A stretch of DNA of 64,000 nucleotides. Origin: an uncultured virus (IMG/VR IMGVR_UViG_3300011211_000002). Taxonomy: Duplodnaviria; Heunggongvirae; Uroviricota; Caudoviricetes. Positions 1 to 9,077 of this stretch are shown piece after piece. Below the pieces are notes generated by a model that worked only from the letters and a program-made list of their open reading frames with translations, was not told where the DNA came from and made no database searches. Within the stretch, counting starts at the first letter, position 1; every line of letters starts with the position of its first letter. Made by a program: the position numbers and the translations under genes. The stretch lies in the IMG/VR virus record IMGVR_UViG_3300011211_000002. One strand, written 5' to 3'.

Positions 1-401
1 TTATTTCCGTATGTTATCTCTGTTAGTTCTCTAGGTTTGTACTTCCTATTCTTCTGCTTATTAATGATTCCCCTTACCTCACCTAATGTATTATTAAAAA
101 TACTAATGTTTGGAAGTTTAGGTTTTAACTTGTCATACGCACTTTTCATGACATCCAACATATCTTTAGCTTTCCTACGTTCATTCCTAACTATATGTAA
201 TTTACGATAAGCTTCATAGCCTTTATTAGCAGGTAAAGTTTCGAACTCAATATGATGTAATAAGTCTTCTTGTTCACGTTGTTTCTGATCCACCAATTGT
301 GATAAATATTCCACCTCTTTAGGAAGCTTATCTAAGAAATCCCTAACAAACGCTAAATCCTTTTCAAACTGAATGGCTTCTTTTAAAGTGTCTTTGGTCA
401 A
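1..401 (-). CDS. Hypothetical protein, runs off window start
   Basis: TTG start at 401 after AGGTG RBS; open frame MTKDTLKEAIQFEKD...QEDLLHHIE...RKYKPREL. Confidence 0.75.
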   Translation of the reverse strand, partial: MTKDTLKEAIQFEKDLAFVRDFLDKLPKEVEYLSQLVDQKQREQEDLLHHIEFETLPANKGYEAYRKLHIVRNERRKAKDMLDVMKSAYDKLKPKLPNISIFNNTLGEVRGIINKQKNRKYKPRELTEITYGN

Positions 402-402
402 A

Positions 403-519
403 TTAATCACCTAACTCTCGTTTGAGGTATTCCTCATAAGTAATTCCTTCATCTTCACGAATATTGCCATTTACAAACTTATAACCAAAGTACTCTAACA
501 CTGAATCACTGATTTTCAT
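403..519 (-). CDS. 38-aa hypothetical protein
   Basis: Manual translation MKISDSVLEYFGYKF...ELGD, GGGAG RBS, directly downstream of a promoter. Confidence 0.55.
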   Translation of the reverse strand: MKISDSVLEYFGYKFVNGNIREDEGITYEEYLKRELGD

Positions 520-551
520 TTTCTCATCTCCCTTGCTTGCTGTATGATTTT

Positions 552-595
552 ATTATACCACCAAGCGCTAATATTTCAAGTATTATTATGTATTT
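552..595 (-). promoter_or_regulatory. Sigma-A promoter with upstream AAATACATAA motif
   Basis: TTGAAA-16-TATAAT with extended TG; motif at 586-595. Confidence 0.7.
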
Positions 596-611
596 ATTTA
601 TTTAATTAATT

Positions 612-989
612 TTAGTAACCATCAATGTAACTTACCTCAAAATACAGACCAAGTTCATCTTCTCCATAAATAAACTGTAAATCAGAGTATTTACTGATCT
701 TTTCTGCAATGTAATCCTTTGTGAACATGAAAATCTGTTCCAAATACCTCAAATCAAACGAAGTATAATATGCTTTATGGTACAGTTCAATTTCAAACTT
801 AAATGACTCGTCACGTAAAGTATTAGCATTCAAATAATATCTAATTGCAGTTTTGTTATTATTAGTGAATTCATTCTTAATATGTTGATATAGGTATTTA
901 TAAAATGGTTTCTTGAATAATAAATCTCTTAATTTAACTTTTAGCTTCTTAAGTCTTTTAATCCACTTGATTCTATTTCTAAACTTCAA
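612..989 (-). CDS. Hypothetical protein
   Basis: ORF track, AGGTG RBS. Confidence 0.6.
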   Translation of the reverse strand: MKFRNRIKWIKRLKKLKVKLRDLLFKKPFYKYLYQHIKNEFTNNNKTAIRYYLNANTLRDESFKFEIELYHKAYYTSFDLRYLEQIFMFTKDYIAEKISKYSDLQFIYGEDELGLYFEVSYIDGY

Positions 990-1010
990 TAGTTATTCAC
1001 CTACCTTAGA

Positions 1011-1050
1011 ATTGAGTAGAGGTAGAATAACTACCCCACTCAATATTTTT
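1011..1050. terminator. Hairpin, probable terminator
   Basis: ATTGAGTAGAGGTAG...CTACCCCACTCAAT imperfect inverted repeat after the 3D-protein stop. Confidence 0.5.
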
Positions 1051-1058
1051 ATGTATTA

Positions 1059-1757
1059 TTATGGAGCCTTCAATACTTTGATTTGTATATTATGTCTTCC
1101 TAAATTTATTGCTTCCTGAGTACTTGAAACTAAGATATCTGCCTTATGGTTCTTAATAGCGCCTCCTGTATCAAGTGAAATTGCTTTGAACGTTTCGTAT
1201 GGTGTTTTAACTTCCACAATTGTTCCCAACTTAATAACCTTTGGATCGGTTGCAATAATTCTTAATCCATTATAATAAATAGTATTCGACACATCATAAC
1301 CTGTTGCAGTAATTCCTGTGCAGCCTTCTGAACAATAAGCTGTATAATAACTTGCGTTAAAAGTCATCCAGTTACCTGTAGAGCTTGTGTCACCTCTACT
1401 TACTACATTTTCTTGCTGCTGCTTCTTTAACTCATCATTTCGTTTTTGTTCAGCTATCTTTTTTGCTTCTTCTATTTTTGCTAATCTAATTTTCTCTAAC
1501 CTTTCTAAGCGTTGTCGTTCCAATTCCTCTAATCTTTTTCGTTCTTCTTCCTTTAAACGCTCAAACTCTGCATAAAATGAGTCAACTTTACTTGTGATTG
1601 TATTCTCTTTGATCCTTTCTATAGAATTAGTAACATCTAATGATTCATTTGTACTACCCCTATTATCTTCTACGAAAGCTTTTGCAAAGAAGCACGTCCA
1701 TGCTAATATACATGTTATGATGGTTGGTACAATAAAAAACTTTTTAAATTTGTTCAT
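1059..1757 (-). CDS. Membrane-anchored 3D-domain (lytic transglycosylase-like) protein, YorM-like
   Basis: N-terminal TM, coiled coil, VSRG linker, 3D motifs ASYYT, GITATG, IATDPKVIKLGT, DTGGAIK..KADI. Confidence 0.85.
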   Translation of the reverse strand: MNKFKKFFIVPTIITCILAWTCFFAKAFVEDNRGSTNESLDVTNSIERIKENTITSKVDSFYAEFERLKEEERKRLEELERQRLERLEKIRLAKIEEAKKIAEQKRNDELKKQQQENVVSRGDTSSTGNWMTFNASYYTAYCSEGCTGITATGYDVSNTIYYNGLRIIATDPKVIKLGTIVEVKTPYETFKAISLDTGGAIKNHKADILVSSTQEAINLGRHNIQIKVLKAP

Positions 1758-1892
1758 TAATTCGCTTATTCTCTACAAAACTTATCTCATCTGAAGCTCT
1801 TATGACAACTTTAAATTGTGCGCTTCATTAATGCAGAAATAAACTCCCCTTCTTTCTAATATGTATTTTCTTATATAAAATATGGTTATTTA

Positions 1893-2492
1893 TTATTTAA
1901 CTTTATAGCCTAATGCAGTACCATTTAAACTAGGTGCTTCATAGCTATCCTTAACTTTTTGTAGCAATTTGACACATTGATCTAGTGCTTTGTATTCTCC
2001 TTCATTTAGATTTTCTTTAATTTTACTTTCAAGAAGCTTCTCAACTCTTGATAATTCAATACCTTCTTTCCCATATTTGCAATATCCAACAGGATTGATA
2101 CTCTTAATAGTTGATAAAATACACTCAATTTCTTTATTAGATGTTTCATTATCAACTTTAGTAAGTAATTGTAATGGAATACTGTTAATATTAAATTCGT
2201 TTTTCACTTGTACGGGATTTTCGCTTTCAAGTTTAGCAATACAATCTGACCAGTTCTTAGTTAATATTTTATATGTCGATTTCGCAAGTTTGTCCATATT
2301 AACTTTGTTTAGTGTTGTTTCGCTGGGAAACAGTGTAATTTTAACCCCTTCTGCTGTTCCTTCACTTACATCCTTATCTGTTTGCATCCACTTTTTAACT
2401 AAATCATGAGCAATCTTCCCATTTACATCTAATGCTGATTTAACAATCTCTACTAACTCCATCGCTTGTCTAATTTCATTTACTGTTTTCAT
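1893..2492 (-). CDS. Hypothetical protein
   Basis: ORF track. Confidence 0.7.
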   Translation of the reverse strand: MKTVNEIRQAMELVEIVKSALDVNGKIAHDLVKKWMQTDKDVSEGTAEGVKITLFPSETTLNKVNMDKLAKSTYKILTKNWSDCIAKLESENPVQVKNEFNINSIPLQLLTKVDNETSNKEIECILSTIKSINPVGYCKYGKEGIELSRVEKLLESKIKENLNEGEYKALDQCVKLLQKVKDSYEAPSLNGTALGYKVK

Positions 2493-2551
2493 AAATAACT
2501 ACCATCCTTATTATTTTGTATTTGTTGTTTTAATTCTATAGAAGCAAACTA

Positions 2552-2953
2552 TTATTTAACTTCAGTTACATCGTAATATAGACATCCTTTGACCATACCT
2601 AGACTGTCACCTATTTTAATCTTATCTGCTGGACTTAAGTACAGACCATAGATACCTTTGTAAATATGATGCTTATTGTCAGACTCTACAATGATTGTAA
2701 AACCTGAATTTTGGTCGTATGAAGTTTCTTTTACGTATCCTTCTACATTGGAATGAATTTCTTTTAGGTTGAAATCTTCTATACCCTTGTTTAGCATTTG
2801 AATATCAGTAACTATTCTTTTATACTCAGGTTTATAAATTCCATCATCACCATATCTGTAAAGAAGCACATCCTTCTCATTTTGAAGCTCATGTAACTTA
2901 TTATTCAATACTTCTAATCCACACATACCGGTCATTCCTTTAAATCCTTTCAT
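2552..2953 (-). CDS. Hypothetical protein
   Basis: ORF track, GAGG RBS. Confidence 0.7.
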   Translation of the reverse strand: MKGFKGMTGMCGLEVLNNKLHELQNEKDVLLYRYGDDGIYKPEYKRIVTDIQMLNKGIEDFNLKEIHSNVEGYVKETSYDQNSGFTIIVESDNKHHIYKGIYGLYLSPADKIKIGDSLGMVKGCLYYDVTEVK

Positions 2954-3008
2954 CTTTAAATTCCTCTTTTCTCTTTTTATAGATATTTTTATAAAATCAA
3001 AATATTAT

Positions 3009-3623
3009 TTAATTATCCAAAAGTATTTTAGTTAATTTCTTCACTACTTCTTCAGTTAAATCATCTAACTTAGTGAAACTCATGTCTTTATTCAATAGTT
3101 TAGACTTTCTTAAAACTTCACTTACTTCAATAATAGCTCCTGCAATTTGATTCAATGTAATTTCAGTAGAACTTCCTACATCCAAGACCTTTTTCTTTAA
3201 TTTGCTTGATACTTCATTCCATTGTTCATTTAAAATGATCGTAACTCCTTGCTTATCAATTGTTTCATCCCATTTATATTTACTCATATCGATTACAACT
3301 GACTCACCGTTTACAATCAAATCTTTTAATTTTTGGTATTCAGTAACTAATGAGTCAATGTAAGGTTTGTTAAATAACCTACATTCGATTTCTAGTGTAT
3401 TGTTTTTAATTAAGCGATCAATCTCAAATAAACTTATTAACTCTTTAGTAACTCGATCTGCTCCTACCTTATTATCAGAGTGAACTGTATGAATTTGGAG
3501 TTCTTCTCTTAATTTAAGTTCTGCATTATTAATGACAGACAAAGCCAATTCTTTAAATTCATTAATTTCCTTATCATACTTCGTTGTTAAATAAGCGTTA
3601 TAAGCGTTTTGTAAAATTGTCAT
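3009..3623 (-). CDS. Hypothetical protein bounded by boundary elements
   Basis: ORF track; elements at 2991 and 3662. Confidence 0.7.
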   Translation of the reverse strand: MTILQNAYNAYLTTKYDKEINEFKELALSVINNAELKLREELQIHTVHSDNKVGADRVTKELISLFEIDRLIKNNTLEIECRLFNKPYIDSLVTEYQKLKDLIVNGESVVIDMSKYKWDETIDKQGVTIILNEQWNEVSSKLKKKVLDVGSSTEITLNQIAGAIIEVSEVLRKSKLLNKDMSFTKLDDLTEEVVKKLTKILLDN

Positions 3624-3675
3624 AAATATATCCCCACTCTTTTTATATTTTTGTTATTTAAATAATATTGTCATA

Positions 3676-4161
3676 TTATTTGTCAAATAACTCTAATTCA
3701 AAGCTATTACCATCATCATCTGTCTTAATTCTAAACACATGAGTATAAAAACTTAATTCTTCATTACTTGATTCAAAATCTAATCCACTCACCAATTCTG
3801 ATTTATTAATAATCACCTTGAAATCATGAGAAATTTCACCATTACCGTTATAAAACTCTCCTTCTGCAATCAATTTAAACTTTTTAATGTTACTTGAATG
3901 ATGTAACGGTTTAAATACAATCTTTGTTGATTGGGAAGATATCTCTTTTTCAAAATCTGTTTTACTCTCACTAGGGTTTACTTCACCTAATGCCTTGATT
4001 AAATCGATATTAAAATCAACCACTTCAATCGCAAAATAAGACTCCCCTTTTGAATTATGTACTAATTTGCCTTTTACTGCCTTATCTAGCTTTGTTATAA
4101 ATTTCCCTTCAATATCAAAAACTTTTAAATCCAATACGTTTGCTAAAAATAATGATGTCAT
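3676..4161 (-). CDS. Hypothetical protein
   Basis: ORF track, GAGGAG RBS. Confidence 0.75.
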   Translation of the reverse strand: MTSLFLANVLDLKVFDIEGKFITKLDKAVKGKLVHNSKGESYFAIEVVDFNIDLIKALGEVNPSESKTDFEKEISSQSTKIVFKPLHHSSNIKKFKLIAEGEFYNGNGEISHDFKVIINKSELVSGLDFESSNEELSFYTHVFRIKTDDDGNSFELELFDK

Positions 4162-4192
4162 AAATTTATTCTCCTCTAGCGTAAGTCGCCAC

Positions 4193-4357
4193 CTATTTTA
4201 TTTTTGTACTATCGTATGACAAGTGAATCTTGATCCAGTAGTAGGATTCTTTTGCTTCTTTATGATCCATTATCATCAAATTATGTATTCCTGTTTTAAA
4301 TAGACAGTATAGGTGCTTCCAATCTTGCTTATCAAAACCAAGTATTCGTTTTATCAT
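4193..4357 (-). CDS. Small hypothetical protein
   Basis: Likely start MIKRILG adjacent to upstream stop. Confidence 0.55.
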   Translation of the reverse strand: MIKRILGFDKQDWKHLYCLFKTGIHNLMIMDHKEAKESYYWIKIHLSYDSTKIK

Positions 4358-4358
4358 A

Positions 4359-4727
4359 TTAATTAATAACTGCCCATAGCATATATCCGAAATATACAAT
4401 TGTTAAGAATCGTGAGAAGTAAGAATAAAATCCAATTTTCTCTTTCATCTTTCGTTTTTTACCTGTGATTCGTGAAAATAAAATTAATAACATAGCTACT
4501 AAAAATTCAACAATGTATAATCCTAACATTGTATATGTTGGGTATAGATATGTATCATGTTTTAAAGCAAAGAATAGATAAACAAGTTCACCTAACATAT
4601 ACGTTAACCCAAATGTCATATACAGACATCCTGCACCTACTAAATCTTTATCTTCAATTTCTCCTTTTTCTTTTCTTGCATTACTGGACGTAATACTTCT
4701 ACGGTAAATACAGCTAATGCCCACCAA
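4359..4727 (-). CDS. Hypothetical membrane protein (start uncertain, possible 5' frameshift)
   Basis: Three hydrophobic segments. Confidence 0.6.
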   Translation of the reverse strand: MVGISCIYRRSITSSNARKEKGEIEDKDLVGAGCLYMTFGLTYMLGELVYLFFALKHDTYLYPTYTMLGLYIVEFLVAMLLILFSRITGKKRKMKEKIGFYSYFSRFLTIVYFGYMLWAVIN

Positions 4728-4767
4728 ATAATCATTACGATTGTGAAAAATAACATCTATTCATCTC

Positions 4768-4992
4768 CTACTTTCTTCTAATTGTATTTTTGTACTTAGG
4801 CTTACGATTTTCAGTAAGCTTTTCGAACTTTACTTTCAACGTACTGATCACACGCTTAAGATATTTAATCTGTCTATTCTTATTAACGAGTTGTTTCTTA
4901 AGGTGAAAGTTTTCTGCTTCCACCTTTTTATAATGCTCCCATACAGTTTGTTCGGTTAATGTTTTCCCATCTTGCATAAGAATCAACTCCAA
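4768..4992 (-). CDS. Hypothetical coiled-coil protein
   Basis: ORF track, abuts upstream gene. Confidence 0.6.
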   Translation of the reverse strand: MELILMQDGKTLTEQTVWEHYKKVEAENFHLKKQLVNKNRQIKYLKRVISTLKVKFEKLTENRKPKYKNTIRRK

Positions 4993-5472
4993 TTATGCAT
5001 TTTTAATATCAACTATTCTATCCACCTTAAATTTATCTAACTCTGACTTCTGATCATCATTTAAAGTCATTCCGTACTTCAATGCAGTTAGTAAAGATTC
5101 TGACATATATTCTTCCTTTGCATAAGGCGAATAATTAACAATCCATTCAGACTCTTCATCATCAATAATAAATTTGATACGAGTCACTTTTATAGGATTG
5201 TTACTTTCTTCATTGATAGCTTCCATGATATTGAATCCTAATTTGATTAATTCCGATTCACTTAATTTAGTGCCTTTTTCGATATTGAAATCTCTAACAC
5301 TTCCTGAGCTTATTGTGTATGTAGGTTTCACATAATCAGTCATGCCAATAAATTGATTGTCTGGAATATATCCTTCTAATTCTGGAATGTTAACCTTAGT
5401 AATATCGCATAAAACACCTAAATCATGTATCCCTATTGTTTTTCCTTTAAAGTTTTTTACATATTCTCGCAT
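4993..5472 (-). CDS. Hypothetical protein
   Basis: ORF track. Confidence 0.65.
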   Translation of the reverse strand: MREYVKNFKGKTIGIHDLGVLCDITKVNIPELEGYIPDNQFIGMTDYVKPTYTISSGSVRDFNIEKGTKLSESELIKLGFNIMEAINEESNNPIKVTRIKFIIDDEESEWIVNYSPYAKEEYMSESLLTALKYGMTLNDDQKSELDKFKVDRIVDIKNA

Positions 5473-5529
5473 ATGCGTTTGTACATAAGCATTGTATTCA
5501 CTTACAATTCCATCAATTTTTCTGTAGGA

Positions 5530-5745
5530 TTATTTATCCACGAATGTTAACCTAGGATGGTTTACAATTCCATTCTGCACTTTTATTAAACCTATGTATG
5601 TGCCATCTCGACCAATAGGAATACTTAATCCTGTAGAACCATTTTCTCTTTCGTGTGTAAGACTTAATCGACCACTCTTATTTAAAACATCTAATTCATT
5701 CTCTAACTTTTCCTTGTATTTACTACTGTAAATCACCATGTACAA
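5530..5745 (-). CDS. Hypothetical protein
   Basis: ORF track, AGGAG RBS. Confidence 0.6.
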   Translation of the reverse strand: MYMVIYSSKYKEKLENELDVLNKSGRLSLTHERENGSTGLSIPIGRDGTYIGLIKVQNGIVNHPRLTFVDK

Positions 5746-5785
5746 TCTCCTTTTTATATTTATTTTAATAATACTAATCTTTTAT

Positions 5786-6178
5786 TTAATACAGTAAAAA
5801 CCTAGGTTCATAGAATTCTTCTGATTTATATTCATTTTTCATGTTGTAGTCAACCGTTGACGGCATAATTCGATTCATGAAAAATTCAATCCTGTTGTCC
5901 TCGCCAAATAATTGTTTATCAATAAATGAGTAATGAACTTTGTAGCCTCTTGCCGAATCAGTCATAGGTAATGCAATTAATGCTATTTCAAATCCATCTT
6001 TCTCTACAATAACCTCACAATGATTTTTGTATCTACGTTCACTTATGACGTTTTCATAAATCTTTAATTTATCAATCAAATTAACAGCTTTATCGAAATT
6101 TATATAATAAACTCCTACTGTAATTGGACGACCTTTTTCTACAATATGTGTATTTACGAAATTTAACATCATCTTCAC
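5786..6178 (-). CDS. Hypothetical protein bounded by boundary elements
   Basis: ORF track; elements at 5768 and 6187. Confidence 0.7.
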   Translation of the reverse strand: MKMMLNFVNTHIVEKGRPITVGVYYINFDKAVNLIDKLKIYENVISERRYKNHCEVIVEKDGFEIALIALPMTDSARGYKVHYSFIDKQLFGEDNRIEFFMNRIMPSTVDYNMKNEYKSEEFYEPRFLLY

Positions 6179-6208
6179 CCCTTTTTATAATAGTGTGATT
6201 TTATTTAA

Positions 6209-7147
6209 TTACATTACTATTAAATACTTGTTTTCTGTTTCTTCATAACCATTATTGACCAACACTTCAACAAACTCATGTGCTTTATCCTTCCAAAAAT
6301 GACCTACATAATAGATTTTCTTTACTAAATCAAATTCTATTACCTCACGATAACCGTTTTTAAATTCAGTTTCTTGTACAATAATTGCATTCTCGTTTCT
6401 TTTCAATTGTCCTAACTTAATGTGTAAATCTTTTTCATTATTTCGATTATGTATTTTAATCATTTCTTTAATTTCTTGTACTTCATCTGAATACAATGGA
6501 TTAATTCTATGTGTAAACTTATTTGTTGTAATATGACTTTTACCAAATGCTGATCCTTTAGCTTCACATTTAGGACATGTGGATGGATAGTAACCATCCC
6601 CCATCATGATTGAGGATTTGCCCATTTCAGATTCTTTCATTTCATATTCACAACTGTAACATACTCTAATGTCATCTTTTAGATACTTACTATCTTTATA
6701 GTCATTCTTTTGAATTTGAATTTTTAAGTCATTGTCTAAAATGTAATCAATTAATTGATTAATTACATTATGTTTTTCACAACACTCTTGACACATATCG
6801 CCCTGTCCTTGAATCGTTACGAATCCTTCATTAAATTTAACTCCTGAGTAGTATTTTGGTTTACTGTAATTCTTTTCCCCTTTTCTATGGTATTTCCCAC
6901 TCCTAGGATATGTATAGTAATCATATGGTTTGTTATCGCAATAAGTACAACGCTTGATTTCTTTATATCTCCAATTCAATAGTCCGTTTTCTTCTGATTT
7001 TCTTAAAATTTCATTCATCACTGGTAATGAAAATCCAAATGAATTCTCCTTTTTAGCTAGATCAATTACTTTCTGAGCGTCTTCAGAAACTTTACCATCA
7101 ATCTCTTCTAATTCATTAAACGAAAGTTCAATATTATATTTCTTCAT
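6209..7147 (-). CDS. Cys-rich putative zinc-binding protein
   Basis: CxxC pairs CTYC, CQEC, CYSC, CPKC; GGAGG RBS. Confidence 0.7.
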   Translation of the reverse strand: MKKYNIELSFNELEEIDGKVSEDAQKVIDLAKKENSFGFSLPVMNEILRKSEENGLLNWRYKEIKRCTYCDNKPYDYYTYPRSGKYHRKGEKNYSKPKYYSGVKFNEGFVTIQGQGDMCQECCEKHNVINQLIDYILDNDLKIQIQKNDYKDSKYLKDDIRVCYSCEYEMKESEMGKSSIMMGDGYYPSTCPKCEAKGSAFGKSHITTNKFTHRINPLYSDEVQEIKEMIKIHNRNNEKDLHIKLGQLKRNENAIIVQETEFKNGYREVIEFDLVKKIYYVGHFWKDKAHEFVEVLVNNGYEETENKYLIVM

Positions 7148-7191
7148 TTAATTCCTCCTAATATTTCATTTAATATGCGTGTTTTATTTAA

Positions 7192-7563
7192 TTAACCAGT
7201 GAATGGAATTGTTCCAATATCATTAAATCTATCAATAAAAGTATTCAATCTCTCTCTTTCTAATTCAGTTGAACTCAATGAAGTTGTACTTTTAGTAAAT
7301 CTACCATCTAAAAATTCATGCAATGGTCTGGCATAGAAGATATTTCTATCAACATTTCCTTCTTCATCAATAGGATGATACAATAATCCCCACCATGCGC
7401 TGCCACACTCATTTATAATAGTTGAACCATAAATGTAATACTCTCCTCCATTCGTATGGCGATAAATATGACCACAATACTCTTTATTTAAATTGAAAAT
7501 TCCTTGGTGTAACTGTTTTTCTGATAATCTTTCTTTAATTTCGTAACTTGACATTTTAACCAT
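7192..7563 (-). CDS. DUF1653-like protein
   Basis: IYRHTNGGEY...YARPLHEFLDGRF pattern. Confidence 0.55.
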   Translation of the reverse strand: MVKMSSYEIKERLSEKQLHQGIFNLNKEYCGHIYRHTNGGEYYIYGSTIINECGSAWWGLLYHPIDEEGNVDRNIFYARPLHEFLDGRFTKSTTSLSSTELERERLNTFIDRFNDIGTIPFTG

Positions 7564-7832
7564 CCTCTTTTTATGTATTTTTAAATAAAAGATGAATTTT
7601 ATTTAATTATTTTAAGTTTTATAGTGATTTTGAAAAATCACTCCTTTTTCGTTCATTTCTTCATATTCTCCGATTTCAATATCTAAGTCATATTCTATAT
7701 AATTTTATTTCTACATACCCTGTTCTTTTCACATGTAGATGCTAATACAATGGAATTTGAATAAATAGTTCCATTCATAAATGAAATTTCTATATACTTC
7801 TAGGTTATTCATAGTCAATCACCTTTAGTTGT

Positions 7833-8276
7833 TTATTTCTGCAATTCTTGGTTTTCATAAACGTTGCCGATGACCCCTAAGGAAGTAGTAATGCCATCAT
7901 ATCTACTGTGAGAAGCTGTTGGTATCGTTGAGTCAATCAGATAATATGAAATAGCTGCGTATGTTCTTTCATACTCATCATGATGCAAACCCTTTATCCT
8001 GAAAGTGCCTTGTTCATATTCAACGACATTGTTTTGATTGTGAGTTTTCACAATATCTCCCTCATATATTTCCGTACCATACTTGTCCTTTAAACCTGTG
8101 AAATCGTCTCTACCAATCAATTTATAGCCAAATTCCGCATGAAAGCACGGTGATAATTCCTTTGCTGTTCGTTCTTCTAACTGACTTAATGTATAAATCT
8201 TTTGTTCAATATTTCCTGTTACAACATGTTTGAATGTATATCTAAATTTTTTCTCCCTCACGCTGTTGCCTCCCAC
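7833..8276 (-). CDS. yopX: YopX family protein
   Basis: KFR start, FTGLKDKYGTEIYEGDIV, VIGNVYENQELQ. Confidence 0.85.
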   Translation of the reverse strand: MGGNSVREKKFRYTFKHVVTGNIEQKIYTLSQLEERTAKELSPCFHAEFGYKLIGRDDFTGLKDKYGTEIYEGDIVKTHNQNNVVEYEQGTFRIKGLHHDEYERTYAAISYYLIDSTIPTASHSRYDGITTSLGVIGNVYENQELQK

Positions 8277-8348
8277 TTATCCTACTTCTCATATTCATTA
8301 TATTTATTAAATATGTATAATCTCTTTTTTATTGTGTTTTGTGTTTAT

Positions 8349-8582
8349 TTAAGAATTAAAATTTAAAAAATCATAATTTTCATGCGATACATCAATCCAG
8401 TAAGTCTCTACTTCGTCTTTATAAATATTAAAATCATTCAAAGCTTGAAGATAACCCTCTATTCTTTCGTTGATTTTATTATGATAATAGTCACCACTCA
8501 CAATTACTTTTTTACTTTCTAAATCAAATAGTGCCCTTTCCTCTTCAAAATCTTCATTTACATAAATAACTAACTTTAACAT
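8349..8582 (-). CDS. Hypothetical protein
   Basis: ORF track, AGGAG RBS. Confidence 0.65.
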   Translation of the reverse strand: MLKLVIYVNEDFEEERALFDLESKKVIVSGDYYHNKINERIEGYLQALNDFNIYKDEVETYWIDVSHENYDFLNFNS

Positions 8583-8633
8583 GAGATCACTCCTGCTTCA
8601 TATTCATTTAAATAATAGGTTTCTTTTATTTAA

Positions 8634-9020
8634 TCACTCATTGACCCCTTTAATTTTGACATCATTAAAGTTCAAAGTGTTGAGTATGGCATTTCTATAA
8701 CCTGCCCAATAATCTGTATTCTGACCATGTTGAACGTTATATGTAGCAGTTTTATAATCATCTAAAATCTTTTCTTCAGGAGTTAACTCAACATCATATC
8801 CATAATAAAGCGCATTACAGAAATCAATAAATTTTAATTCATGTACTACGTGTAGATCTTTAAATTCATGAAACTCTTCTCTTAACCACCAATCAGTTGC
8901 AATATTAAGCAGTTCATCAATATCAGTAATATTAAACTTATCTTTTTGCATTTCCTTGAACCATTTAATTGCATTTGCAATGTCGTTACTAATTTTCACC
9001 TTTTCACTCATGCCATTCAT
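8634..9020 (-). CDS. Hypothetical phage protein bounded by boundary elements
   Basis: ORF track; elements at 8612 and 9031. Confidence 0.7.
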   Translation of the reverse strand: MNGMSEKVKISNDIANAIKWFKEMQKDKFNITDIDELLNIATDWWLREEFHEFKDLHVVHELKFIDFCNALYYGYDVELTPEEKILDDYKTATYNVQHGQNTDYWAGYRNAILNTLNFNDVKIKGVNE

Positions 9021-9077
9021 TCTCCTTTTAATAATATTTAATTTTTATTTAAATTATTTTATGTATTTAATTATTTA